A DNA stretch of 62,672 bases, the filler included. It is 5 parts of 5 records of this genome, joined end to end, with 100 filler letters (N's around TTAATTAATTAA, not from the genome) between each part and the next. Parts side by side here need not be neighbours in the genome. Positions count along the whole stretch, not along the records: positions 1 to 22,634 come from DRR723986_16853; 4 more parts are not named here. The stretch is one strand, 5' to 3'. Positions 9,698 to 21,658 of this stretch are shown here, in pieces. Below the pieces are notes generated by a model. That model ran no database searches. It saw nothing but the letters and a program-made list of their open reading frames with translations, and had not been told where the DNA came from. The translations under genes and the position numbers were made by a program. How positions within the stretch are numbered: the stretch's first letter is position 1; the number at the start of each line of letters is the position of its first letter.

Positions 9698-10671
9698 GCA
9701 GCGGACTCCTGCGCGTGTGTGGACTTTTCGGCGGTCCATATATGGACCGTCAGACCTTGTTCATTTTCGGGTGGTGGAGCGAACGCACGCGGCTCTGACA
9801 GCTTCAGTCCGGCAGCGGAGGCCCAACCTTCCATGGCATCCGGCGACAGACCAAGTCTGTGATGGCCGTGTTCGGTCCTGAGGAATTCCAGATCGTGCGG
9901 AGCAAAATCCACAACCAGTAATCGTCCACCTGGCTGAAGAATCCGCCCGGCTTCCGAAATAACGCGGTTCGGCGCGTCCACATAGTGAAGCACCTGATGG
10001 ATGATTACGAGATCGGCCGAGGCATCTTCGAACGGTACGGCCGTCACGTCGCCTTGCCGAACGCGCGCGACAGGGCTCCCATCACGCTCCAGATTGGCCC
10101 GGGCGACTGTCAACATGTGATGGCTGAGATCAATGCCTTCAGCTTCCACCGCAAGTGGCGCAAACAAGGCCAGCATCCGGCCGGTTCCGGTTCCAAAGTC
10201 CACAACCCGGCGGAAGGGTCCCGGCCCCGCAATTTCCAGAAGCGCCTGTTCGATTGCTTCATTGGGATAATGGAGCGTGCGAATCGCGTCCCAATTATCT
10301 GCAACCGATGAAAAATAAGCCTGCGCGGACGCGGCACGCGAGGCGCTGACCTCGTCCAGCCTTTCAGCATCCCTCAGCAGCTCGGGCACCTGGTTTCCAA
10401 GCTGCTCGAACAAGGCGTCCAGGAATACCCGCCCATCGCCGCGGCTTGCGGCTCGGTAAAAGACAAAGGACCCTTCCGGCAAACGCTCGACAAGACCAGC
10501 GCCAGTAAGTGCTTTGAGGTGATGAGACAGCCGTGGCTGGCTGAGAGACAGAATTTGCACGATCTCGCCCACGGAAAGGTCACGTTCACGCAAAAGCGCC
10601 AATATGCGTAGACGGGTCGGCTCTCCGGCCGCTCGCAATTGCTCCAAGGTGAGGTCAAATCGCTCGCTCAT
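9694..10671 (-). CDS. sahR: ArsR-HTH/SAM-methyltransferase fusion regulator (SahR/SamR type)
   Basis: N-terminal ArsR HTH (EPTRLRIL...SQPRLSHHLK) plus a class I MTase domain (VDFGTGTG, HQVLHY); heads the metF-metH operon. Confidence 0.88.
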   Translation of the reverse strand: MSERFDLTLEQLRAAGEPTRLRILALLRERDLSVGEIVQILSLSQPRLSHHLKALTGAGLVERLPEGSFVFYRAASRGDGRVFLDALFEQLGNQVPELLRDAERLDEVSASRAASAQAYFSSVADNWDAIRTLHYPNEAIEQALLEIAGPGPFRRVVDFGTGTGRMLALFAPLAVEAEGIDLSHHMLTVARANLERDGSPVARVRQGDVTAVPFEDASADLVIIHQVLHYVDAPNRVISEAGRILQPGGRLLVVDFAPHDLEFLRTEHGHHRLGLSPDAMEGWASAAGLKLSEPRAFAPPPENEQGLTVHIWTAEKSTHAQESAA

Positions 10672-10675
10672 GACG

Positions 10676-10701
10676 AACGTATAAACATTCTTTTATACGT
10701 T
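10676..10701. promoter_or_regulatory. Palindromic operator, probable SahR binding site
   Basis: Perfect inverted repeat AACGTATAAA-CATTCT-TTTATACGTT lying 4 nt upstream of the sahR ATG. Confidence 0.75.
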
Positions 10702-10818
10702 TTGCAAGAAACCATGACGCTGTTGCAGCATAGTCGCATGTAATTCGAATTACGTAAGTGTGAGTTGCGTCGATTGGGGGAAGTAACCATGTACCGGGCC
10801 AAGAAACGGGAAATCGCA

Positions 10819-11586
10819 ATGATGAACGTCCGAATTGCGGCCGCCGCGGTGGCCTTGACGCTGAGCGCATGCGCTTCGACACCGCCAAATCCAGCGGATC
10901 CAGGGTCCATTGCTGATCCTTATGAAGGCTTCAATCGCCAGATGTTCGCATTCAACAACGGCGTGGACAAATATGCGCTCGGCCCTGCTGCCGGTGCCTA
11001 TAAAACTGTGACACCCGACTTCGCCCGCGACCGCATTGGCGATTTCCTGCGCAATCTTCGCGCGCCTGTTATTTTCGTAAACGATGTGCTGCAGGCAGAG
11101 CCGTCCAGAGCTGCAGACACCTTTGTTCGTTTTACGATCAACACAACGGTCGGCATTGCGGGCCTTTGGGACGCCGCAGATCATATGGGTGTCGAGCACC
11201 ACTCAGAAGACTTCGGTCAGACATTGGCCGTCTGGGGAGTCGATAGCGGCCCCTACCTGGTGATGCCGATCATGGGTCCAACGACTCCGCGCGACTTGTT
11301 CGGACGTGGCGTGGACCGGGCAATTGATCCGCTGACATGGACCGAATTCGATGGGGATCCGGATCTGGACGACAAAATTGCCGCCGGCCGGGGCGTTCTC
11401 TCCGCGCTGAACGCCCGTGTCGCGCTGGAAGAGCAGATCGAACAACTGAACGCCCAGCCGGAACCTTATGTGGCCCTTCGTCGTATTTATTCATCTCAGC
11501 GTCAGGCTGAGATTCGTAATGGTCGTCCGGAAGATGAGTCAGAGTTGTACGAAGATCTCCCAGATTTTGACGAATTTGACGAATAG
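10819..11586 (+). CDS. mlaA: MlaA/VacJ family lipoprotein
   Basis: Lipobox LSAC, DPYEGFNRQMFAFN, RFTINTTVGIAGL, EDFGQTLAVWG and GPYLVMPIMGP. Confidence 0.94.
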   Translation: MMNVRIAAAAVALTLSACASTPPNPADPGSIADPYEGFNRQMFAFNNGVDKYALGPAAGAYKTVTPDFARDRIGDFLRNLRAPVIFVNDVLQAEPSRAADTFVRFTINTTVGIAGLWDAADHMGVEHHSEDFGQTLAVWGVDSGPYLVMPIMGPTTPRDLFGRGVDRAIDPLTWTEFDGDPDLDDKIAAGRGVLSALNARVALEEQIEQLNAQPEPYVALRRIYSSQRQAEIRNGRPEDESELYEDLPDFDEFDE

Positions 11587-11620
11587 CCAAGCAGACACGA
11601 TCGAAGCAGGAGCCCGCCCC

Positions 11621-12247
11621 GTGAAACGCCTTGTGACCCCCGCAATCGCCCTGACCGCGCTCGCCGCGCTGGCGCTGCCGGCTGCCGCGGACGCGAAAAC
11701 AGAAGCCTATGTTCAGAAGAACGCCAGCGAAGTGCTCGCGTCTCTGAACGACCCTTCCCTGAACGCAGACGAGCGCACCCAGAAATTCAATGCCTATATG
11801 GACGAATTCACGGACATGAAGGCGGTCGCGAATTTCGCGATTGGCAAATATGCGCGCCGCTTCACCGAGACAGAACTTGCTGACTATCAGAAAGTTTTCC
11901 GGGAATACGCGCTTGCTGTTTATGAGAATGAACTTGATGCCTATCGGGGCGAAGCCGTCGTCGTGAAAGACTCGGTCGACCGTTCCGACACAGATTCCAT
12001 CGTCAACACCGTCATTCGCCGCGACGACGGCAAGGATATGGATGTTCGTTGGCGCGTTCTGCTCCGCAATGGGCAATATCAGGTTGTCGACGTCGCGCTG
12101 AACCTCGACGGAAACCTGATCTGGCTCGGCATCGAACAGCGCGCCCAATTCCTCGCTCTACTTGACCGGACAAACGGGTCCGCCCAGGCCCTCATCGAAA
12201 AGATCGAAGGCATGACGCGAAAACTGGAAAGTGAAAAGCGCACCTGA
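11621..12247 (+). CDS. mlaC: MlaC/Ttg2D phospholipid-binding periplasmic protein
   Basis: GTG start after a GGAG SD, signal peptide, FAIGKYARR, YQVVDV and QRAQF; adjacent to mlaA. Confidence 0.88.
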   Translation: MKRLVTPAIALTALAALALPAAADAKTEAYVQKNASEVLASLNDPSLNADERTQKFNAYMDEFTDMKAVANFAIGKYARRFTETELADYQKVFREYALAVYENELDAYRGEAVVVKDSVDRSDTDSIVNTVIRRDDGKDMDVRWRVLLRNGQYQVVDVALNLDGNLIWLGIEQRAQFLALLDRTNGSAQALIEKIEGMTRKLESEKRT

Positions 12248-12273
12248 ATTTGTGCAGGCATTTGACCTGATCG

Positions 12274-12308
12274 AAGGCCCGTTTCCCGCCGGAAGCGGGC
12301 CTTTGCTT
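12274..12308 (+). terminator. Intrinsic terminator-like hairpin after mlaC
   Basis: AAGGCCCGTTTCC-cgcc-GGAAGCGGGCCTT followed by a T-rich tail. Confidence 0.7.
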
Positions 12309-12528
12309 ATCCGGTATCCTGTAGCTTCTGCGTCGATGCATCGCGCATACAAACATCCTGTGGGGAGCCGACTCCTATACAATAAATCTGCATCGGCATG
12401 CTGCCATGTATCCCCACATGACCGGTGGCATTTGAGGTGTTATGGTTAATTGGCGGCATGGCGAGGAGACAGTCACGACCTCGAAGCCGCATGAGGCGGA
12501 AGGCTGCTGAGATTTGGTGGGTGAGACG

Positions 12529-14568
12529 ATGACAGCACATACTAGTCCCTTCAGGAAAATCTGGACCGCATCACTTGGTGCATTGGGCGTTCTGTCGATT
12601 GTTGGCTGCGCGTCCACAGCGTCTGGTATCTCGGTTCCCGTCCAGGCGAAGCCATGGTCGAGCCTGAGCGATTGCTTTGACCGGGCAGTCGCCGTTCCCA
12701 CATCGGCTGCGGAAGAAATGGCGCGGACCTGCGGCGGCACCTCCGCCACCGGTGATCCATCCCGCAGCGGAATCGAACGGGCGACTGCCTCGTTCAATGC
12801 AGCGAGCGCCTACAATGCCCTTGCTGCGATGGGCGCGGCCAGTTCGCTTTGCCAAAGCACAAGTGCCTGCAGCCAAATGGCGCTTAGCCTGCTCGACCAG
12901 TCTCTAGCATCGCAACAAGATAACCAGATCAGTCTCATGGGAAGCGAAACGCAAGTTGCGACCAACAAGCAGTTCATGCTTCGCAGAACACTGGAGCGCA
13001 GCAAGGCCCTGCGCGGAGTTGCGAACAGCAGCACGACAAACGCCAGTTGCGGCACGCGAACCGCTTGCCTGACGGATGCTGCCGCCCTGCTTTCTGGCAT
13101 CACGGTCGAGATCCCGGCAGCATCCGAAGCACCTGATGCTGCCCGCCTGGGGTGTGAGATTCTTGATACGCGATGGCGCGTGAACAGCGATATCGGCCGC
13201 GAACGGGAATATCTCTATGTCGAAGATCTGAGGCGCCTCGTCAGTTCTTGCCCCGACTACGCCGCTGCCGCTTCAGACCAACTCGCCGAAATCGCTTTTG
13301 AGCGGGCAGAACGCGTTCGGGAAAACCTGGCACAATCCAACACAACGATCTCCGTAGAATCCTCACTCGGCGCCATTACGGATTATCGCGATACGCTCAG
13401 CACAGACCGGTTCAGATTGCCCGCCTATCGGGGCATGGGCGCGGTCTATCTGGCATTGGCCAAACAAGACCCAGCTGGCACCCGCACCTATCTTGAAAGC
13501 GCGGTGGATACCTACAGCAATGCAGTAACACTGTCCGTATCCGAAGCGGCCGCTGAGCGCGCGGGCGACTATGAGGCTCTTGGCCGGGCACTCATGGCAC
13601 TTTCCAAAGTCACCGGGCTGCCAGGATCGGTGGAACGCCAGGCCCTCGCGGAACGTGCGGCCAGCGCGCTACAAAGCGCTGTCGATCTGGCGCCCACAGC
13701 CGTTCGGTACGCCGTGCTGGGTGATGCCTATGCGGACACAGGACAATGCACTCTCGCAATTCCGGCCTATAATTCCGCAATTCCCGGGCTTGCGGCAGCG
13801 CACAAGGTTTCGACGATCCTCGCCCTTTCGGCAGCTTATGATGCGTGCGGACAACCGGACCTGGCATTGCAGACCCTCAATCAGGCCAGCGCCGCTGGAA
13901 ACGTGTCTGCTGAAGTCCGATACGAGATTGGACGAAAAGAATTCAACAACGGTAACTTCCAGGCAGCCCTTGGCGCACTGCGCGCTGCCGAAAGCGGACT
14001 GAACGGCCTCCAGGCGGCTGAAGCCAACTACATGATGAGCGTCGCCGAAACGATCACCCGTCCAGACGGCTGGCAGAAAAGCGCGCTGAGCCATGCGGAG
14101 CGGGCTGTATCACTGAATGCCCGGACCTGGGTTTACAACCGACAGGCTTGCCTCGCGACCATCCTGAAAGGCGGCAAAAGCGTAAAAGACGGCACCAGCC
14201 TGGCTCGCTGTCCGGATGCCGGCACACCGGAAGCCAGTCTGCTGCGCGGCATGTTCTTCCTCAAACAAGCTCAGTCGATGGATGTCAGCGCCTACAATCT
14301 GGCATCCCAGACACAATGGCGGTCTGTGCTCCAGGCAGCAGAAACCGCTTTCACTCGCGGACAGGAAGCCCTCACCGACGCTCCCGATCGTGAGCGCCTT
14401 GTCCAGTTCGATGATCTACAAGCGAATGTCGATATCGCCGCGAGACTTCAACAAGGACTGACGGTCATCCAGCGTTGCAATCGCGAAGTCACGCTTGGCC
14501 CGCAGGATCCTGTCTGGAATGATCTGAACACCTTCTATGGCCACTATGGAATCTTGAAATGCTCCTGA
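12529..14568 (+). CDS. Large helical/TPR-like lipoprotein with paired cysteines
   Basis: Lipobox IVGC, TPR-like segments (YAVLGDAYADTG, RYEIGRKEFNNGNFQAAL) and 14 further Cys. Confidence 0.75.
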   Translation: MTAHTSPFRKIWTASLGALGVLSIVGCASTASGISVPVQAKPWSSLSDCFDRAVAVPTSAAEEMARTCGGTSATGDPSRSGIERATASFNAASAYNALAAMGAASSLCQSTSACSQMALSLLDQSLASQQDNQISLMGSETQVATNKQFMLRRTLERSKALRGVANSSTTNASCGTRTACLTDAAALLSGITVEIPAASEAPDAARLGCEILDTRWRVNSDIGREREYLYVEDLRRLVSSCPDYAAAASDQLAEIAFERAERVRENLAQSNTTISVESSLGAITDYRDTLSTDRFRLPAYRGMGAVYLALAKQDPAGTRTYLESAVDTYSNAVTLSVSEAAAERAGDYEALGRALMALSKVTGLPGSVERQALAERAASALQSAVDLAPTAVRYAVLGDAYADTGQCTLAIPAYNSAIPGLAAAHKVSTILALSAAYDACGQPDLALQTLNQASAAGNVSAEVRYEIGRKEFNNGNFQAALGALRAAESGLNGLQAAEANYMMSVAETITRPDGWQKSALSHAERAVSLNARTWVYNRQACLATILKGGKSVKDGTSLARCPDAGTPEASLLRGMFFLKQAQSMDVSAYNLASQTQWRSVLQAAETAFTRGQEALTDAPDRERLVQFDDLQANVDIAARLQQGLTVIQRCNREVTLGPQDPVWNDLNTFYGHYGILKCS

Positions 14569-14602
14569 CGGCTACGAACATTGAGAATGAGGAAAACTGG
14601 GT

Positions 14603-15175
14603 ATGACGGTGCCAACAGTCCAATCTCCCGACAATTCGGACATGCAAGTATTCCAGTCCGTGCCGACCCATGACGACATGATGGCTCTGTCCAGCCAGGT
14701 AAAAGAAGCCAAGCGCGGTCAGGCCAGGCTGCTCATCATGGTCATCTTCCTTGCCGGCGTTCTCGTCGCCGCAATCGTTGCCTTGTTTATGGTGTTCTCG
14801 AACACCAGCGCCCAGCTGGCGGAGGCAGATCAGAAACTGGCAACGCAAGCGGCCGAAATGGAAAAGCTGGAAACGCAGGTGGCAAACCGCGATCAGGTGA
14901 TTGCTCAGCAACAGGCGACAATCGCCAGCTATGCCGGCTTCCAAAGCATCGTTCAGCTGCAGCAACAGTCTAAGGCGGTGGAAAAGGAGATCGCCGATCT
15001 TCTTGCCCAGCCGAGCCGCGCAAATGCGCCACGCCGCCTGAGAGAGTTACCTGACAATGTCGAATGGCTGGACGATGTCATCACAGCGCTTACGGAACGC
15101 AGGGATGCATTGGTGGAACTGAAGTCTGATATTGAAGCCTGGCCTCCGGTGCCAGCCCCCGTCCGCCCCGACTAA
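14603..15175 (+). CDS. Single-TM membrane-anchored coiled-coil protein
   Basis: Hydrophobic stretch LLIMVIFLAGVLVAAIVALFMVF followed by a Q/E/K/A-rich heptad region. Confidence 0.7.
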   Translation: MTVPTVQSPDNSDMQVFQSVPTHDDMMALSSQVKEAKRGQARLLIMVIFLAGVLVAAIVALFMVFSNTSAQLAEADQKLATQAAEMEKLETQVANRDQVIAQQQATIASYAGFQSIVQLQQQSKAVEKEIADLLAQPSRANAPRRLRELPDNVEWLDDVITALTERRDALVELKSDIEAWPPVPAPVRPD

Positions 15176-15220
15176 GGCCACCGTTTGTCCCCGTAGCCAT
15201 TGAAGCAGGAGTATACGCCA

Positions 15221-15724
15221 ATGGGCGATCCACAAGACAACTCTCAGGCCTTGTTTGGCCCGATCACTGCCGAGAAGAAATCGGGCTTCAGTATGCAGGA
15301 ACTGGTCACGGAGTTTCCGGACCATCCCAATGATTGGAGCATACCAGAAGCGTTTCTGTGCCTGATCCTTTCCGCCGCCTTCGCAGATGGCCGAATTGCG
15401 GAGCAGGAACAGGAAGAAATACGCGCTCTGTCACACCGTTCGCGCACCCTCAAAAACCTCGATCAGAATGAGTTGGCACAGGTGAACCGGATTGTACTCA
15501 AACGGCGGGCCGACCGACCAGACTGGCTAGCGGAGGCCTGTGAAGCCCTTCCCAAGGATATGCACCTGGCAGTGTTTGCTCACTGTCTCGACATCGCCCT
15601 TGCCGATGGCGTCCTCGTACCATCCGAGGCGGAATTCCTTGAAAAGCTGATTGGCTTGCTCACCATCACCGAAGAAGAAGCGAAGCTGATCACAAAAGTG
15701 ATCTCGCTGAAGAACCGCTTCTGA
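15221..15724 (+). CDS. TerB-family (tellurite resistance-like) protein
   Basis: Two internal ADG motifs (AAFADGRIAEQE and IALADGVLVPSEAEFL); AGGAG SD. Confidence 0.85.
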   Translation: MGDPQDNSQALFGPITAEKKSGFSMQELVTEFPDHPNDWSIPEAFLCLILSAAFADGRIAEQEQEEIRALSHRSRTLKNLDQNELAQVNRIVLKRRADRPDWLAEACEALPKDMHLAVFAHCLDIALADGVLVPSEAEFLEKLIGLLTITEEEAKLITKVISLKNRF

Positions 15725-15753
15725 CGAAGCTAAAGTTCAGCGGAGCATAAAAC

Positions 15754-17082
15754 ATGGAATTTCTGCGGCCCGGGCCAATGGCCACGCTATTGGCCGCCAT
15801 TGCCATTTGTTTATCCAGTTGCACACAGGTGCCTGCAACCACGCCACCACCGGCTCCGAAGCCGCCGCAAGACGCAATGGTTTCGCCACCCATTGCAGAC
15901 GAGCAAGACCATAGCCAGACTACTCAAACGGAGGCCCTGATCAATGCGCTCCAGAGAATGTCCGAGCACGGCCTACCGGTTGAAGCATATGACCTCAAAA
16001 ATATTGAAGCCTTGTCTGGCCAAGCGCAAAATTCTGCCCTTGGCAAGGCGTGGCAACTCGCGGCCACGCATCTGGCTCGTGGATATCTGAACCAGGAAAC
16101 ACTGAAGCCCCGGACCGTGCCGGATGTTGCCGAAGTCAACATGTATGCCGCCATACAAACCAATGGCGCAGAAGAGCTGGCCTCTGCGCTCGGTACGCTC
16201 GCACCACAACATCCCTCCTATCTGGCGCTCCGGCGAGAACTGATTCGTCAGCAAGCCGCAATGGAAGCAGCAACCGATCCCGCGGCCAAGTCCCGACTCC
16301 TCACTCAAGTAAATCAGCTACGCGTAAATCTGGAGCGTTGGCGATGGCTCCCGCATGACCTCGGAGAGCGGTCAGTGCTTGCCAATATCGCCGGTTTTGA
16401 TGTCACGACCTTTGAACAGGAAACACCCACATCAAGCTATGCTGCCATTTTTGGCAAAGCGCAGCGGCAGACACCGATCTTCACTGATGAAATCGAATAT
16501 ATCGTGTTTAATCCGTGGTGGGAGATTCCGCACAGTATCGCCCGCAAGGATAAACTGGTTCAGTTCCGGCAAGACCCGGGTTCGGTTACCCGGCTAGGAT
16601 ATCAGGTTCTGGACCGCCAGGGCCACAAGGTTGATCCTGCGACCATCGACTGGAATGCGGTCTCGGCGGAAACCTTCCCCTATCGCTTGCGCCAGGCTCC
16701 CGGCCCACAGAATGCGTTGGGACAGGTCAAGATCATGTTTCCCAATTCGTACAATGTTTATCTGCACGATACCAACGACAAGAGTTTGTTCGACTCCGAT
16801 GAACGCACCTTCTCTTCCGGGTGCGTGCGCGTCCAAAATCCCCTGGACCTTGCTGCGTGGATTTTGAAGGAAACACCCGGCTGGGATCGGATGACCATAG
16901 AAACAGTTGTCGCCTCAGGCGATGAAACACGCGTGGATCTGAAGAGTGCGGTTCCCGTCTACGTCGTCTACATGACGACGGTCAGCAATGCCTGCGGGGA
17001 CGTGACTTACCTGAAAGACATTTATGGCAGGGATGCTGCAGTGCTTGCCGCCTTGCAGCCGTCCCCCACCCATCAGAACTGA
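15754..17082 (+). CDS. Murein L,D-transpeptidase (YcbB/LdtD-like), probable lipoprotein
   Basis: LSSC lipobox, NLERWRWLP, FNPWWEIP, QAPGPQNALGQVKIMFPN, YLHDT and FSSGCVRV (catalytic His and Cys). Confidence 0.92.
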   Translation: MEFLRPGPMATLLAAIAICLSSCTQVPATTPPPAPKPPQDAMVSPPIADEQDHSQTTQTEALINALQRMSEHGLPVEAYDLKNIEALSGQAQNSALGKAWQLAATHLARGYLNQETLKPRTVPDVAEVNMYAAIQTNGAEELASALGTLAPQHPSYLALRRELIRQQAAMEAATDPAAKSRLLTQVNQLRVNLERWRWLPHDLGERSVLANIAGFDVTTFEQETPTSSYAAIFGKAQRQTPIFTDEIEYIVFNPWWEIPHSIARKDKLVQFRQDPGSVTRLGYQVLDRQGHKVDPATIDWNAVSAETFPYRLRQAPGPQNALGQVKIMFPNSYNVYLHDTNDKSLFDSDERTFSSGCVRVQNPLDLAAWILKETPGWDRMTIETVVASGDETRVDLKSAVPVYVVYMTTVSNACGDVTYLKDIYGRDAAVLAALQPSPTHQN

Positions 17083-18690
17083 TTATTTCGTCATCGCCGC
17101 AGAGATCTCAAGCCGGTCTTCTGCACTTTCCAGATAGTTCGGATCGGGCCGCAACTGGCTCGCCTGCTCGTAGGCGTAGCCGTATGCAATGATTGCGGCA
17201 TCATCACCAGCGGACCCGATAAACGACACTCCGATCGGGATGCCATGGACATCACCCATCGGCACCGTCAGGTGCGGATAGCCCGCCTGCGCCGCTATGG
17301 AACCCGCGCCAGCCCATGCCGGCCAGACATCGCCGTTGACCGGATCGATGCGAGGCGCGACGGGGCCAGATGGAGACACAAGCAGGTTCACGTCATATTC
17401 GGCGAGCAGGCGATCAATCCCCTGCTCCCGCGTTGAAAATCTGACGGCCGCCTTCGCGCCGAGATATTCGGGATCGGTCAGTGGTCCACGTGCTTCAGAC
17501 TCCTCAAACAGGCTCTGACCGAACAGAGGCATCTCTTCGTCCGCATGGATTTCATTGAACGCAATCAATTCCCGAAGAGTCCGGGTGGTCACCGTTTCCG
17601 GAGTGGTTGCGAGATACGCATTCAGGCTGTCCTTGAATTCGTATTCTAGCAGCGGGAGCGTGCTGTCCCGGAAATTTTCTGCCGCCGGCTCAAACGCTTC
17701 AATATCGACAAGCGTGGCGCCCTGAGCTTCCATCACAGCCAATGCAGCGTCGAAGTGCTCCTTGATGTCCTTGTTGGATCCTTCTGCAAATCGCAAGACG
17801 CCGATCCGCATGCCTTTGAGCGCATCGGGCGACAAGCTGAGCGTATAGTCCTCATCGCCCGGATCCATGGCGTTCATCATCAGGGCCGCACCGCGTACTG
17901 ATCGCGTCATCGGACCCGCTGTGTCCTGCGAAGGAGAGATCGGCACAATGCCTTCCTGAGAAATCAGGCCAACCGTGGGCTTGAAACCCACAATGCCATT
18001 GACGTTGGACGGGCAGATAATCGAGCCATTGGTTTCGGTGCCGACGGCGCCAGCTGCAAGTGACGCGGCGACCGCCACGCCGGATCCGGAACTGGATCCA
18101 CAAGGGTTCCGGTCCAGCATATGCGGATTGCGAACCTGTCCGCCTACAGAAGACCAACCACTCATGGAGTCGTTATCGCGAAAATTGGCCCATTGGCTGA
18201 GATTGGTTTTGCCAAGAATGATCGCCCCCTGCGACCTGAGCCCGGCAACCAACGGGCTGTCACGGCCTGTGATATTGTCTTTCAACGCCAGCGACCCGGC
18301 AGTTGTCGGCATGGGATCGAGGCTTTCGATATTGTCCTTCAGAAGAACTGGCACACCGTCCATCGGCCCAAGCGTATCGCCATTCGCGCGGCGCTGGTCA
18401 CTGGCCCGCGCCAGAGGCAAGGCATTCGGATTGAGCGAAATGATGCTCTGCAGGCGAGGTCCTTCACGATCGAGTTTTGCAATACGGTCGAGGTAGGCCT
18501 GGGTGAGTTCTTCCGATGTCACCTCTCCGGCAGCGAGGCTCTCCACCAGTTCAGGCAGAGTTTGTGCAACAATACCTGTGGCCTCATAGGACGGGATCAC
18601 CGCAATCTCCTCCTGAGGAGCGGGTTCAGGTTGCCCCCCGCATCCAGCCAGGACCAGAGCCATCAACGAAGCTGTCACCAGAATTCTCAT
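17083..18690 (-). CDS. Amidase-signature family amidase, lipoprotein
   Basis: LAGC lipobox; LLKDNI, PCGSSSGS and GTETNGSI (Lys-cisSer-Ser triad). Confidence 0.93.
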   Translation of the reverse strand: MRILVTASLMALVLAGCGGQPEPAPQEEIAVIPSYEATGIVAQTLPELVESLAAGEVTSEELTQAYLDRIAKLDREGPRLQSIISLNPNALPLARASDQRRANGDTLGPMDGVPVLLKDNIESLDPMPTTAGSLALKDNITGRDSPLVAGLRSQGAIILGKTNLSQWANFRDNDSMSGWSSVGGQVRNPHMLDRNPCGSSSGSGVAVAASLAAGAVGTETNGSIICPSNVNGIVGFKPTVGLISQEGIVPISPSQDTAGPMTRSVRGAALMMNAMDPGDEDYTLSLSPDALKGMRIGVLRFAEGSNKDIKEHFDAALAVMEAQGATLVDIEAFEPAAENFRDSTLPLLEYEFKDSLNAYLATTPETVTTRTLRELIAFNEIHADEEMPLFGQSLFEESEARGPLTDPEYLGAKAAVRFSTREQGIDRLLAEYDVNLLVSPSGPVAPRIDPVNGDVWPAWAGAGSIAAQAGYPHLTVPMGDVHGIPIGVSFIGSAGDDAAIIAYGYAYEQASQLRPDPNYLESAEDRLEISAAMTK

Positions 18691-18762
18691 GCCCATTACC
18701 CTCTGCATCTGGATAGAGAGCCTAGCCGACAGGCCACAGAGAACAAGGGTAATCGTGCGGAA

Positions 18763-19827
18763 CTAGTTGGTTACGATGCCCAGCCGCTTTCGAAGCGTGC
18801 GACCGAGATTGTTCATCCAGACCGGGCGAGCCGCCACGTCAATTTTCCAGGAAAGCAGGGTTCGCGCGGCTCTATTTGGCAGAATACCCATCAGGATCCA
18901 CCAGGCATTCTTCGGCAAAGCCTTGCTGCCATACTCAAGACGGTTTGCCCGGCGCAGCTTCTGCAGAAGATTCTTCCGGGTGTCCGATTGGACCGGGTGG
19001 GCGCCGGGGTCAAAGATGATTGAGATGAGCCGCTCTTGCAGGTGATCCGCATCCCGTTCGCCAATGTCTTCCGCCACCTCGAGGCCGAGCCGGGCAGAAT
19101 GGCTGCGGATCACATCATGACGCGCCTGATGATGTTCAATCCGCCACCGGCCTCGCTTGGCGTAGTTTTTAGCAAACTGTGTGTGCTGTGAGGGGTGAAG
19201 ACGATACCCGCAAATTGCTTCGTCCAGACCCCGGACCGGGCCATACAACGGAACTGCGGCCGTCAGGTACCCGTCTCCGCCATAGGCGAACGCCTCTGCA
19301 TTGACCGGCACAATCCGCTGCAATGCCCAACGAGCAAAAACCATACCGGACGTGATGGTGCCGGAATAACTGCCGATGTCGCGGAGCCTGGCTGACACAT
19401 CTCCATTTGCAAACGGTACCTGAAGCGGTGGGTAGAACTCGCCCAAATTGTCCTCAAGATCCGCATAGCGCATCCGATATAGGTACATGGCAACATCGGG
19501 ATCATAATTAGCCAGGATCCGGTTCGCCGCGCCAGGCAACAGGAAATCGTCGGCGTCCAGGAACTGGACGAGATCGCCGGTCGCACATTCAAGCCCGGCA
19601 TTAAAACCGCCTCCCTGCCCGACATTTTGCGCCAGGAAAACCGGGATGACGCGATCACCATATGACTGAATGACTTCGCGCGAATTGTCAGTGGAACAAT
19701 CGTCAACCACGACCAATTCGATCTCAACGTCCTGCGACAGGACGCTGTCGATCGCCCTCGCAATGAAGTTGGCGTAATTGTAGTTCGTGATCACCACCGA
19801 AAATTTCGGTGCAGCACTTGTTGTCAT
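18763..19827 (-). CDS. Glycosyltransferase family 2
   Basis: SVVITNYNY, VVDDCSTD, FLDADD and YRLH. Confidence 0.92.
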   Translation of the reverse strand: MTTSAAPKFSVVITNYNYANFIARAIDSVLSQDVEIELVVVDDCSTDNSREVIQSYGDRVIPVFLAQNVGQGGGFNAGLECATGDLVQFLDADDFLLPGAANRILANYDPDVAMYLYRMRYADLEDNLGEFYPPLQVPFANGDVSARLRDIGSYSGTITSGMVFARWALQRIVPVNAEAFAYGGDGYLTAAVPLYGPVRGLDEAICGYRLHPSQHTQFAKNYAKRGRWRIEHHQARHDVIRSHSARLGLEVAEDIGERDADHLQERLISIIFDPGAHPVQSDTRKNLLQKLRRANRLEYGSKALPKNAWWILMGILPNRAARTLLSWKIDVAARPVWMNNLGRTLRKRLGIVTN

Positions 19828-19909
19828 ATCGGGCTCCCTGACGCCCGTCCTTACGCAAGATTCGCACCGAATTGGGTAAAGGACAGCGCCGGGAGCTGAA
19901 AATATTCGC

Positions 19910-21574
<1,665 letters not shown>

Positions 21575-21658
21575 GGCGGAAGAATCCTGTTTGGGGAAGT
21601 TATATCGCCGCTGAGTTACGCACTCGCCCCATAAAATCAAGCGCGCAGGTGCCCGCGG

